DNA of 63,682 bases, counting the filler, from Octopus bimaculoides (lineage: Eukaryota), in the NCBI RefSeq assembly GCF_001194135.2. It is 6 parts of 5 records of this genome, joined end to end, with 100 filler letters (N's around TTAATTAATTAA, not from the genome) between each part and the next. Parts side by side here need not be neighbours in the genome. Positions count along the whole stretch, not along the records: positions 1 to 14,497 come from NC_068984.1; 5 more parts are not named here. One strand, given 5' to 3'. The notes under the pieces were generated by a model that saw only the letters and a list, made by a program, of their open reading frames with translations, was not told the origin of the DNA and made no database searches. A program made the translations under genes and the position numbers. Numbering within the stretch: the first letter of the stretch is position 1; each line of letters starts with the position of its first letter. Positions 1-11,018 of this stretch are shown here, in pieces.

Positions 1-152
1 GGACCACTGATGAGGTCGAAATAAGATTAAGATTAATGTAATATGAAGCTGAAGCAAATTAACACCAAATATACAGTGCGTGTGTTTTTATTGGCTAAAC
101 TGACAATATGACCATCCCCAAGTACAACAACATATATATATATAGACACACA

Positions 153-208
<56 letters not shown>

Positions 209-227
209 AACGTGTGTGTGTATCATC

Positions 228-296
228 TTTAGGGTCTGAGGAGATGTTGTAAAGCTAAGTGCTTTATGGCTGCGAAACCCTGGGTAGCCCTATAAA
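228..296 (+). ncRNA. Type I hammerhead ribozyme with palindromic helix III
   Basis: Stem I TTTAGGGT/GCCCTATAAA. Core CTGAGGA at 236-242. Long stem II (GTAAAGC/GCTTTAT, loop TAAGT, G-C closing pair, two mismatches near the base). GAAA at 274-277. Helix III ACCC-T-GGGT. GUA cleavage triplet, cut after 286. Confidence 0.8.
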
Positions 297-572
297 TCAG
301 CCGTAACTATCTTTATCTAAATATTCTACTGCTCTACAACTTTCGGATTTATGATTTACTGATGATATATGTTACACACACACACACACATCTATATTTG
401 TATAATTATTATTATGTTTTTCTTCTGTTGTATATAGCTGTAAGTCTTCATGTTATTATATATGCATAAATCTTCATCTTTTGTATTTATATAATGTCTT
501 GTTTGTTTCTGTCTCAGTATACATTCACTAGCTTTTTCCCAGTAGCTTAATAACAGCACTGGTGCCTCCAGG

Positions 573-660
573 ATTGAGTGGTCTCACTGATAATGGCGTG
601 AAACTACAATGATATTTTGGTTCATTGACTGATGAGGAAAACTCAGCTGTGAATATTCTG
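573..660 (+). ncRNA. Two decayed hammerhead-like motifs in tandem
   Basis: ATTGAGTGGTCT leader is identical to the HHR at 9305, followed by CTGATAA...GAAA (core mutated). A second CTGATGA (629-635) is followed by GGAAAACTC and a palindromic CAGCTG but lacks a proper GAAA. Confidence 0.5.
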
Positions 661-791
661 TGTATTGTGTATCTGTCTATATTCTCCATCTGTTAAGTTT
701 CTATTTAGTTTCCCATTTGCTCTGCTTTTGTCTAACTTTTCTCTTTGTTGTGTTCTTTTTGTTCAACTCTTAACATATATATGTATGTATA

Positions 792-932
792 TTTTACTCT
801 TTTACTCATTTCAGTCATGTGGCTGCAGTCATGCTGGAGCACCACCATGGAAAATTAATGTTCACATGCTGGGAATGGAACTCTGGACACCTGATTGAAA
901 GCCAGGAATCTTAACCACTAGACTACATGGGA
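792..932 (-). mobile_element. Short SINE: tRNA-Glu(TTC)-derived head plus shared octopus SINE 3' tail
   Basis: 861-932 (-) folds as a cloverleaf: TCCCATG/CATGTGA acceptor, GTCT/AGAT D-stem, CCTGG-CTTTCAA-TCAGG anticodon arm, degenerate T-arm (GTTCCATTC). It is followed by GGTGCTCCAGCATGACTGCAG...TGACTGAAATGAGTAAAAGA, a tail also seen near 9915-9960 and 46490-46545. Confidence 0.7.
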
Positions 933-937
933 AATCG

Positions 938-2007
938 CATCATCATCATCATCATTGTTTAACGTCCGTTTTCTATGCTGGCATGGGTTGGATGGTTCAA
1001 CTGAGGTCCAGGAAGTCAGGAGTCTGCACCAGGTCCCAGTCAGATCTGGCAGTGTTTCTATAGCTGGATGCCCTTCCTAACGCCAACCACTCCAAGAGTG
1101 TAGTGGGTGCTTTTTATGTGCCACCATCACAGGGGCCAGAGAAGGCTGGCAACGACCACGATTGGTTGGTGCTTTTAACGTGCCACTGGCACAGGGATCA
1201 CAACTACAATTACCATTTGATTTTGATGTACTTGACTCAATAGGTCTCCTCAAGCACAGCATGTCAACCTATGATCCAAGGTATTTATGAGTGGGCTGCG
1301 GCTGGTTATGCGAAACTGGTGTAGGATACAGCTGTGAATTCACTTTATTTGCCAGGTCTTCACAGCCACAGTATATCTCCAGAGGTCTCAGTCTTTCGTC
1401 ATTGCCTCTGTGAGGTTTGAAGGTCATACTTGACCACCTCATCCCATGTCTTCCTGGGTCTACCTTTACCTCGGATTCCTTCAACTGTTTGGGAGTGGCA
1501 CTTCTTCACACAGCTCTCCTTATCCATCTGTAGTACATGACCATAGCAGCACAAACATCTCTCTTGCAAGCCACATCTAATGCTTCTTATGTCCAACATT
1601 TCTCTCAGGGTGTTTACACTTTGTTGTGTGTGCACACTGACATTACACATCCAGTGGATCATGCTAGCGCCATTTCTTTCAAGCCTACACATATCCTCAG
1701 CAGTCTTTGCCCATGTTTTACTGCCGTGAAGCATGGCAGTTCGCACACATGCATCGTACAATCTACCTTTCACTCTGAGTGAGAAGCCCTTTGTCACCAG
1801 TAGGGATAGAAGCTTTCTGATCTTTGCCCAGGCTATTCTAATTCTAGTGGTAACAATTTCTGAGCATCCACCCCCACTACAGACTTGGTCACCTAGGTAG
1901 TGGAAGCTATCAACTACTTCTAGTTTCTTCTCCTGGAATGTGATGGAATCTGTTTTCTGAGCATCTGTAGTGTTTATTACCCCTGTGCATCTGTTGCACA
2001 GTAACAA
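938..2007 (-). mobile_element. 5'-truncated RTE-clade LINE (ORF C-terminus, 3'UTR, (ATG)n tail)
   Basis: ORF 1399-2007 reads SFHYLGD...TRIRIAWAK...KGRLYDACVRTAMLHGSKTW...GKGRPRKTW, typical of the RTE post-RT region. The 3'UTR ends in CCAACCCATGCCAGCATAGAAAACGGACGTTAAA plus (ATG)n. Confidence 0.9.
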
Positions 2008-2904
2008 TGATGAAAATAATAATAATACTAGATAAAGAAACTACGATAAGAAAATTAGACTAACACATACATACAATTAATTATAATAACAAGTGCTTTG
2101 AGAATGATCAAAAACATGCAGACAAATACATAACTAAAACCTTAAGACTTAGAAATATGTATAACACACAGAAAACAGCTCTTTAGTATTCATACGTATT
2201 ATGTAGAGCACATTCACTAAAGGGAAAATAACAAAACTAACACAAAACACTATGTTTACTCAAGGCATGTAGAACTGTGCTCAGATGTACAGTGATAATA
2301 AGCAATAAAAATAAGACTATTGCATAATAATAACAATAATAATAATAATAAATCATAAAAACATTTAATTGGAAAATATTTGTATCAAGCATAAAGTACA
2401 AACATACCAATAAAACAACAAAATATAAAGAAAATAGTAATACATGCAACAGCAACGTCAATTACAACAACAGTAATGAAAGTTACACCATACCCTCTGA
2501 CAATAACAAGCCCAAACAATATGCTTACACATCTACACAAATCAACCATCAAAAACTGCACAAAAGAAAAAAGAAAAAGAAAAACCAGAACACAAAATGA
2601 GAACTACATTTCTTCCATTTATGACATAATTTTGACTCCCTTCCATCCATCAGACTCAAAGCAATAGAGAAATCTAAAAACCCAAAACTCCTAAAACATC
2701 TATGTCATTAAAGAGATGCTGCATTTACCAATTTGTAGAACTGCCCATACCAGATCTATCAAATTTCCAAATTTACAATAATCCTGAACAACAAAAGTCA
2801 AATGATATAATAATCATAGACATCTCACCCTATCTTCATGCACTGCCTCAGATAGCCTAGAAATGTTAAACTGGGACACTTAATACTTGCATACTCCTCT
2901 CACA

Positions 2905-3110
2905 ATGTAATAATAGTTTATTTTGGCACAAAATCAGCAATTTTGAGGGACGGGTTTAGTTAATTAAACTGATTCCACTACTTGGCTGGTATTTTATTTT
3001 ATCAATTTTGATGGAGAGAAAGCAAAGTTAACTTATAATGCAAAAAGCCAGAAGAAAAGCATAAGGCATTTTGTCAGATGCTCTAATTTTTCTGCCAATC
3101 TACTATTGCT
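2905..3110 (-). mobile_element. Decayed tRNA-derived SINE copy
   Basis: Degenerate match to the abundant family seen at 40940 and 44021 (GGCAGAA head; TTGCTGATTTTGTGCCAAAATAAAC tail). Confidence 0.5.
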
Positions 3111-3344
3111 ATTTGATATTTTAATAACTGTTCTCAGTGTTTAACTTCATGGCACATTGGAGATCAAAGTAAAAAATACTGGTGCATTTCACACAGGAAG
3201 TTGAAAATAATAAACTGAGAACTCAGAAACCTTGTTATATTAACCATATTAATGTTTAACAAAATTATAAATCACATTTTTCAGGACAATCAAAAATTAA
3301 CATGGATTTTTTTGAAGCCTTAAATAAATTTTTTAATTCTGCAA

Positions 3345-4082
3345 TACATTGACTTCTGACCGAGACCTTTGGAAATATGCTGTGCGTGAGAAGACCCGGC
3401 AAGCCAAGCAAGACCAAAATCCAAGGCCTTGCCATCCCACTTATGCGTAACATCCCTTTTTTTTTTTTTTTTTGTATACTAAACTCCGCCTGCGAAGACC
3501 TGTTGAAGCAAGTGAAATCAAAATCAAACTAAATTTGTAGACTGGCACCCATTCCAACGTCTTCATTGAACACTAAACTCGGCTTGTGAAGACCTGTTGG
3601 GGCAAACGAAAGCGAAATCGTGATGGCACCAGTACCAATAACTCACTAAGAGCACTGTCCGAGCGTGATCGTTGCCAGAGCACCAGCTGCCTGGCTTCGT
3701 GCCGGTGGCACGTAAATAGCACCATTTGAGCGCGACTGTTACCAACGTCGCCTTCCTGGCACTTGTGCCAGTGGCACGTGAAAAGACATTCGAGCAAGTT
3801 CATTGCCAGTCCTGCTGGACTGGCTCCTGTGCAGGTGGCACGTAAAATACACCATTTCGAGCGTGGCCGTTGCCAGTACCCCCTGACCGGCCTTCATGCC
3901 GGTGGCACGTAAAAGCACCCACTACACTCTCTGAGTGGTTGGCGTTAGGAAGGGCATCCAGCTGTAGAAACTGCCAAATCAGATTGGAGCCTGGTGTAGC
4001 CATCTGGTTTCACCAGTCCTCAGTCAAATCGTCCAACCCATGCTAGCATGGAAAGCGGACGTTAAATGATGATGATAATGAT
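3345..4082 (+). mobile_element. RTE LINE 3' fragment (ORF end plus long 3'UTR)
   Basis: Begins with DRDLWKYAVREKTRQAK, homologous to the ORF end of the 938-2007 copy. Ends with CCAACCCATGCTAGCATGGAAAGCGGACGTTAAATGATGATG. Confidence 0.85.
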
Positions 4083-4088
4083 TAAGAC

Positions 4089-4357
4089 CAATGGTTCTCA
4101 ACAATTTTTTGCCTATGGACCCCTTTGATTCCTACTTTACACTACTGGACCTCCTGAACCATTCACTGTGTATAAAATAAATCCTACTACACATTTATAA
4201 TCAAATATTAGGAATTGTATGAGAAATTTAAAATGTTTTGTGTATTGTAGACATATAAACAAGTTATTGCACCTAAATTTTAGCAACAAAATCTTATATG
4301 GACCCCCACGGATTTAGATATTGCTTGTGCTACAGTGCTTAGTCTGAGAACTGATCT
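4089..4357. mobile_element. hAT/Charlie-type MITE, inverted homolog of 13765-13988
   Basis: Left end CAATGGTTCTCAAC; interior is reverse-complementary to 13765-13988; right TIR degenerate (TGAGAACTGATCTG). Confidence 0.6.
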
Positions 4358-7300
4358 GATATAGATTCAGATGACTATATCCAACCACAATTTTACTCAT
4401 GAACCTAACATGACTTCAATGATGAACAATGCTGACACACAAAACAAAGATTTTGGTTCTATTTCACTCAGTCTCTGCTTACAAAATTTACTTGACACCA
4501 TCTTAAGAAACAATACAAAATTCTGGCTTTCAAACTACTTATCAAATCATCAAGCATATGAAGTGAACAAGAATAATGCTTCCCAAATTTGCAATTTCTC
4601 CCATGGAGTACCACAAGAAATTGTTGTGTCAACCTCTTTTTTCAACTTATACCAACATGACGTTCCTACACCTCCCTAAATTATATGCACAGGACCATTT
4701 ACAAATGAAATCACACATTTTTCTTTTTTCTTTTTATTTCGTAACAACTTTATTCACTTCTTGTGCATATTCTATGTACTGTTCATGCACTTTTAGCTAC
4801 TTTTTCTCTTGAGTTGTAGAGCACCTGAGCACTGTGTACAATAAGTTAATTATCATTCTTTTGCTTTGTATTCTCTCCCCATTCTCCAAACATAGCTGCA
4901 CACCTACTCCACCCAATATAAATCATGTTCTGGGCTCACCCTCAATAGACTTAAATTATCACCAACCAAATACAATACCCCCTTTCTAAGTAACAAAAAT
5001 CAAGTACAACCACTCATCAAACTGAACATTACTCACAAAAGACAAAAATATTAAAATGTACAACAATTCTATAATATTCACAACTCTCACATAAAACATA
5101 GTAAAGAAAGTAGTATAGCACACAAACACCTAGAGCAGTTGCAGTGTGTGTGTGTGTGTATATGTATGTGTGTGCACATGCTCGTGCATGCATGCGCACA
5201 AACGTGCGTGCGTGCATGCATGCATGCACACACATACACACACAAACACATGCACAACTACATATGAACTTCATAAAATTTGAACTCAGAATGAAAAGAA
5301 ATAACTAATGCTGGCTGAAAATGAAATCTCTTTCTTCCATGCTTGAAACTGTAACAGTGCCTGTTCTGGTACTGATTTTCTGTATATCACTGGTGAGGAG
5401 GTGAGTTACTGCTACCTCTAGCAGTTGAGTGTCCATCATTGATGAGACAAAGGAATGTTGAAATCATGTGATCTGATGGTCTCAGTGCTGGAGATGGTGG
5501 GGATTTATCTCCCTGCTAGCGATATAAACAAGTGAGCATTTTGGACCAAAAGCCTATATGAGAGTTTCTCTCATGGTATCTACCACAGTAAAGTTTGCTT
5601 TAACAGAACATCTACATTTAAGTGGAAATAAATATGACTTCATGTATAAAACTGTATATCAACAGTTCAACTATAGCCATAACTGGTTTTGAATCAGCTG
5701 AGAGCTGAACTAAGAACTGTCTGGAAGAAAGCCATATTAAACATTTCAGCACAAGAGAAATAACAGCCAAATTTTCTTCAAATCATACACAACAGTTTTA
5801 AATAAGGAAAGGCCATATTGTAGTCTTACAGACCATTAATACCAGGATGGTCATGGCTTGAATACCCTTGAATGTGGACGTTTACAATCAGGGTTGATTT
5901 TGGTTAAACACCACTGTCACCACCACCACCAACAAGAACAACATACATGCATACATACATACACCCGTGTATCTACTGAACTACCATCCTAAACTCAACA
6001 ACATTAGAGAATTTCCCAACCTACGCACATTGCTATTAATATTTTCTTTGATTCTTGTTTAATTAACACTCCAAGAGTTTCCTTAAAATATTTCTCCTGT
6101 AATCTTCCAATTTGATGAAGTCGAAGAACCAACAGACCAAAGTACCATACGCTCACCAATCTTCATATTAATGAGTTCATTTCCACATATTTAAACGATC
6201 CCATTTTCATTTAGTTTTCTTTTTTTTTTTTCAACCTCAATGTTCCATGACATTTTAAAGATTTAATCAATATCTTTGATCACAGTTTCTGTGAAAATTG
6301 TCGTGGCATTATGTGGGAATCTGTAGGTTTCATCCATTTCTGAGTTGCTGGAAATTTAAGCATCATTGCTATAACATCTTTAGATGACCAAACATCAGTT
6401 TTAACAAAAATATTGAATATCTCATTAACTAAATTCATTTTATTTTTCATATTATTCTTAAAAAAAGCTTGTGCTTATGGGTATCTTTTAATATTAATTC
6501 ACTGTTTTATTTGAATTTATTTTTCAATTAAACTTTTATAATTTTACTTTTGTTTGTTTATCTTATCTTTTTTTTTCTAGAAAGATCTGTCTGACTATCT
6601 AATAACATCATATTAAGAAAGTAATATTAAAAAAACAATTACTCGACCCTCAACAGCAAATTATTGTAACGATGAAAGCAAGAAGTTTATTTAGTATGAA
6701 CGTGATACTAATGGTTTCTCTCTCTCTCTCTCTGTTTCTCCCTATTTCTCTCTGCCTCTCCCTCCCTTTCTTCCTCACCTTCATATGTCTCCACAGCTGA
6801 GGTCTGATACACACTATTGTTCACGTGATGAACAATGAGCAAAAACACCAGAGAAAGAAAGTACAAAAGAAAAAAAGAAAGAGAAAGAATGAAACTATTA
6901 CTGCTTGATTTTCCCAAGGCTGCTCCCTGCATGATGAATATATAGTTAAGTACAAGATAACATGCATAAAGTAATGAGTTTCCAACTTCCTTCCAATATA
7001 AAAATAACTCAAAACTACAGCTCTTAGCAAAAGAAAACTTTGTAGTATTAATGATAATTCTTGTCAAAAAAGGTAAAAGAAAGAACTCTGAAATCCAGAT
7101 TGATTAAATGAGGGTTGGTAGTATGAAGTGAAATGTGAATCTGAGGGTGGATACAGTGACAACTGTGGATATATTTCTACATAATAAACTCACCTTCTTA
7201 CTTAAATGTAGTTTTACCAAACCTAAGATGACTGAGAGGGATAAAGGAGCTCTAATAATATAGTCACATGTCTAAAGTTGTTTGTGCACTTCCCAAGACT

Positions 7301-7590
7301 TTAGACCTAGCTCTTCTGCATGCCCTCAGTCAACTTTTAATTCATTTTAACCAATTTAAATTTTAGTGTTTCTTCCCTATCTTTCTTGACCAGAACTAAG
7401 AAATGAGCTAATGATTTGCTTTCTCTTCATTATGAGTGTCATTTTAAAAGTCTATGTGCAATACACATCTCCTTATTAGGGCCTAACTTGGCTAATATTA
7501 TGTATAATACATGCAAGATTACATAACTACTACAAGAGTAGGTAATCTATTATAATCCAATACATTAGCTTTTAATTTCTTATTCTATAT

Positions 7591-7752
7591 AAGATGGCAA
7601 ACTGGCAGAATTGTTAGCACACGGCAAAATACTCAGCAGCATTTTGTTGTGATTTCAAATTCTTTCAAGGTTGACTTTACCTTTCCTACTTTTGGTGTCA
7701 ATAAAATAAGTATCAATTGAGCACAGGGGTTTGATTAAATCAACTTAGCCCT
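7591..7752 (+). mobile_element. tRNA-derived SINE (decayed)
   Basis: GGCAAACTGGCAGAATTGTTAGCAC...GTTGACTTTACCTTTCC...ATAAAATAAGTA; same family as 44021. Confidence 0.75.
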
Positions 7753-7996
7753 TCTGGAATTGCTGGTCTTGTGCCAAAATTTGAAATCAATATTTTATTT
7801 TATAGAAAAAATATTTATGTATAATGATAAAATAATCTTAAATGATAATATATGTAACTTTATTAATGTAGGGTTTTTTTTCTTAATAAAAGTGAGTGGG
7901 GAAAATATTTGCAGCCTCATACCATGTAGTATATACACTTCTAATTTTAATATTGATTTTGTTGAAAAAATAAGCGGGGTAATGCTAGATTTGGAG

Positions 7997-8130
7997 ATCA
8001 TCATCATCATCATCATCATTTAATGGGTGCTAGGACTGAGTCCAGTGTCTGCTTTGTTATGGCTTTTATGCTTGGATAACCATCCTAATGCCAACCACAT
8101 TACTAGGTATACTGGGTACTTTTCTCTTAC
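7997..8130 (-). mobile_element. Decayed RTE-tail-derived fragment
   Basis: (CAT)n followed by CTTGGATAACCATCCTAATGCCAACCAC, homologous to the RTE 3'UTR at about 1065-1090. Confidence 0.55.
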
Positions 8131-8162
8131 CGCAAGCAGTAGTAAGGATTATAACACACAAA

Positions 8163-8328
8163 GTAGGATGTAGGCTTTATAATAGGAGATGAGGACTTGA
8201 AACACAAGACAGGATGTGTGCTTTATGCTACGAGATGAAGGTTTAAAACATAAGGTGGGATGTGGGCTTGATGCTAGGAGATGAGGGTTTGAAGCAAAAG
8301 GTGGGATGTGGGCTTTATACTTAGGGGT
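8163..8328 (+). repeat. ~45-bp minisatellite, about 4 imperfect copies
   Basis: Unit approximately GGATGTGGGCTTTATGCTAGGAGATGAGGGTTTGAAACATAAGGTG. Confidence 0.8.
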
Positions 8329-8399
8329 GCAGAATTTAAAGACTGACTAAATGTCCCTAAGCATTTTATCCATCATGGTAACGATTTGCCAGCTTACTG

Positions 8400-9240
8400 C
8401 CTTTCAATCAATTACTAGTTAATGAAAAGAGGTTACAGTTTGTACCAAAGGGAGATAATTCTTTGAAGCAAGATTTTTCTTTTCTTTAAATAAACTTTTT
8501 AGTTTGTTCATGGTTGTCTATAAAATTTGATGACGGTCATCTTCTTCCTTAATTGTGGATCCTTGAACATAATCTTTTCCCCTTAACACCATGTGCTACC
8601 TTTCTCGATTTAATTAATTTCAGCTTACTGACATATTTCCAAGTTTTTTTGTTTATTTTATAATGGTGATATCACTATCAGTGTTCAACTGCATTTTAAC
8701 ACATGTATTTCTAATTTTCACATGCCCAAATTTCCTCATTGTTATATTATCAATTTCTTCTGATGAAATGCTATTTATTCTTTTTCCTTTGTTCTGATGT
8801 TTTGTCATCTTTGTTCTACAGTGCACCTTTATATGTCCGATATTACCACAACGAAAGCACTCCACTTTTTTAAATAGACAATTTTTCCTCAAGTGTATAC
8901 CTCCACATGCACAACATAGGTTTATTTCCTGATTTTTGTTGTGTCTTTTAGAAAACACTTTATGTCTAATTTGACTATTTCGTACTTGCTTTACTTGGAA
9001 ACAATTTTTATATTCTATTTCTTCTGTGTCTTGTCTTAATTTGACTATCCTTTCACATTATTCTGACACTTACTGTAGGGTTACATCCTGGTTTTGTTCC
9101 AGCTTTGCAAGAATTCTAGCAGTAACTTCTGCCTCCTTTTCAGCAGTAAGCTCCTGTGTAGATATCAAACATTTGAACATATCTGGCGTTAATTCATCCA
9201 ACTTAAATTTCTTGCATTCTCTGTTTACCAGCTAAATCAT
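8400..9240 (-). mobile_element. Ty3/Gypsy (K02A2.6-like) gag-protease relic
   Basis: FKLDELTPDMFKCLI...EVTARILAKLEQ gag region; zinc knuckles CCACGGIHLRKNC and CFRCGNIGHIKVHC; protease motif decayed to MQLNTDSDITII; multiple stop codons. Confidence 0.8.
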
Positions 9241-9304
9241 CCAGTAATATGGCTGACATAAACATAAATACAAATGACAAAGTGAGTCCAGAAAGAGTCG
9301 AACA

Positions 9305-9375
9305 ATTGAGTGGTCTTAACTGATGAGGCAATGGAAATGGTTGAAACTGACGTATCAGTATTAGGAATTCTCAAT
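9305..9375 (+). ncRNA. Type I hammerhead ribozyme with extended, internally looped stem I
   Basis: ATTGAG/CTCAAT and TCTTAA/TTAGGA stem I with TGG/ATT internal loop. CTGATGA at 9320-9326. Imperfect stem II GGCAAT-GGAA-ATGGTT. GAAA at 9343-9346. Helix III ACTGA-CGTA-TCAGT. GUA triplet, cut after 9360. Confidence 0.82.
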
Positions 9376-9504
9376 CAGCACTTTTCGGACAATTATGGTC
9401 CCTGTTAGTGTATATGTTTCCATTCATGTGTGTTAACTACAGCATTAGAGCAATTTAGCCTTTATTTCTAGCAATGTAGTTTCCTAACAGCCTAGTCACA
9501 CTTA

Positions 9505-9505
9505 G

Positions 9506-9576
<71 letters not shown>

Positions 9577-9681
9577 ATATGTATGTATATATATATATAT
9601 ACATATATATATATGTATATATATATATATATGTATGTATATATGTATGTATATATATATATCTATATATATACATATATA

Positions 9682-9720
<39 letters not shown>

Positions 9721-9750
9721 GTATGTATGTATGTATTTACGTACGTGTGT
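9505..9750. repeat. Compound (TA)n/(TATG)n microsatellite
   Basis: Directly visible; it produces the spurious poly-YI ORFs. Confidence 0.95.
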
Positions 9751-9764
9751 GTCATTGTGTCTAT

Positions 9765-9962
9765 GCTTGTCCCACCAACCTTCACTTGACAACCAATGTC
9801 GATGTGTTTACATCCCCTTAAACTTAGTGGTTTGCCAAAAGAGACCAATAGAATAAGTACTGGGCTTACAAAGAATAAATCCCAGGGTTGATTTCTTCAA
9901 GTAAAAACCATTTAAGGTGGTGCTCCAGTATGGCCGCAGACAAATGACTGAAACAGTTAACA
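9765..9962 (+). mobile_element. SINE 3' half (microsatellite-associated octopus SINE tail)
   Basis: CTTGACAACCAATG...GATGTGTTTACATCCCC...AAAAGAGACCAATAGAATAAGTAC...GGTGCTCCAGTATGGCCGCAG...TGACTGAAACAG; inverse homolog at 46490-46690. Confidence 0.75.
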
Positions 9963-10975
9963 TAGTGGCATCACTGAACTATTAAAGCTGTAAGTTAATG
10001 TACAATCAATTCAAACCAATGCGAGTAACAGTGTGGGTAAATAAGCATAACATTTGACAGAATAACCTGAATGCTAAAGGGTCAAAACTGACTACCATGG
10101 TTTGTTCCCCAGCCTTTGACCTTTTGGCATCACTCCCAGTGCAGCAGAGTAGTCGGTGATTAAATGTCAAGGCATATCTTGGCGCCCACTGCTGCTTGGA
10201 GATCTTCTGTCAAGCTAACATGTAACTTCAAAGCATCCAGTTACTATGTGTAAGTATGGGTGGCCATAGCTGGAGCTTTGGTGAGGGAGAAGCTTTGCAC
10301 TGGCAACCTAGTGTGTGTGCACCTACTGTACACACACTGGGTTGCTTCTCATTTCATTACATGGGTTGACCAAGATTAGCCAGCCAGTAGCAGCAAGCTG
10401 TAAGTAAAGATAGTTGCAAGCACCAGATACATGACATTGCCTACACACACACACATGCACAGGCACTCACAGAGGTACACACACACACACATGCACAGCA
10501 CTCGCAGAGGTACACAGACACACACAATCACTCACGTATTTGCTTTAAATGACTTGCATATACACATACATATATGCAGATATGTCATCTCCGTCTCTAT
10601 CACCCACACTTCAAACTCAAATACCCAGTAACAACGTTTACTGTTGCCATTGATAGTTACTACTATTGCATGAGTGTGTGTGTGCATGTGTGTGAGAGTG
10701 AGTCTGTGTGATGTGTGAGTGAGTGAGTGTGTGTGTATATGTGAGTGTATGTTTGTGTGTGTGTGTGTGTGTGTGTGTGATCAGGGATTGCCTTGTTCAA
10801 AAGAATGCAAAACCTGTTAATCAAAGACAAGTGATAACATGTATTCAAAAGAAACCAACTTAAAATCCTGGTTACTCCTGGTAACTCTACAAACACATAC
10901 ATACCCTCCCACACTCTATCTCTCATACATACAATTCACACTACAGACACACATACACACTTCTGTGTGTGTGTG

Positions 10976-11018
<43 letters not shown>

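Noticed and set aside
9455-9856. Poly-YI/CV/HT/I/V ORFs here and throughout the ORF track
   Set aside because: They are translations of (TA)n, (CA)n, (TATG)n and (TAA)n microsatellites, not genes.
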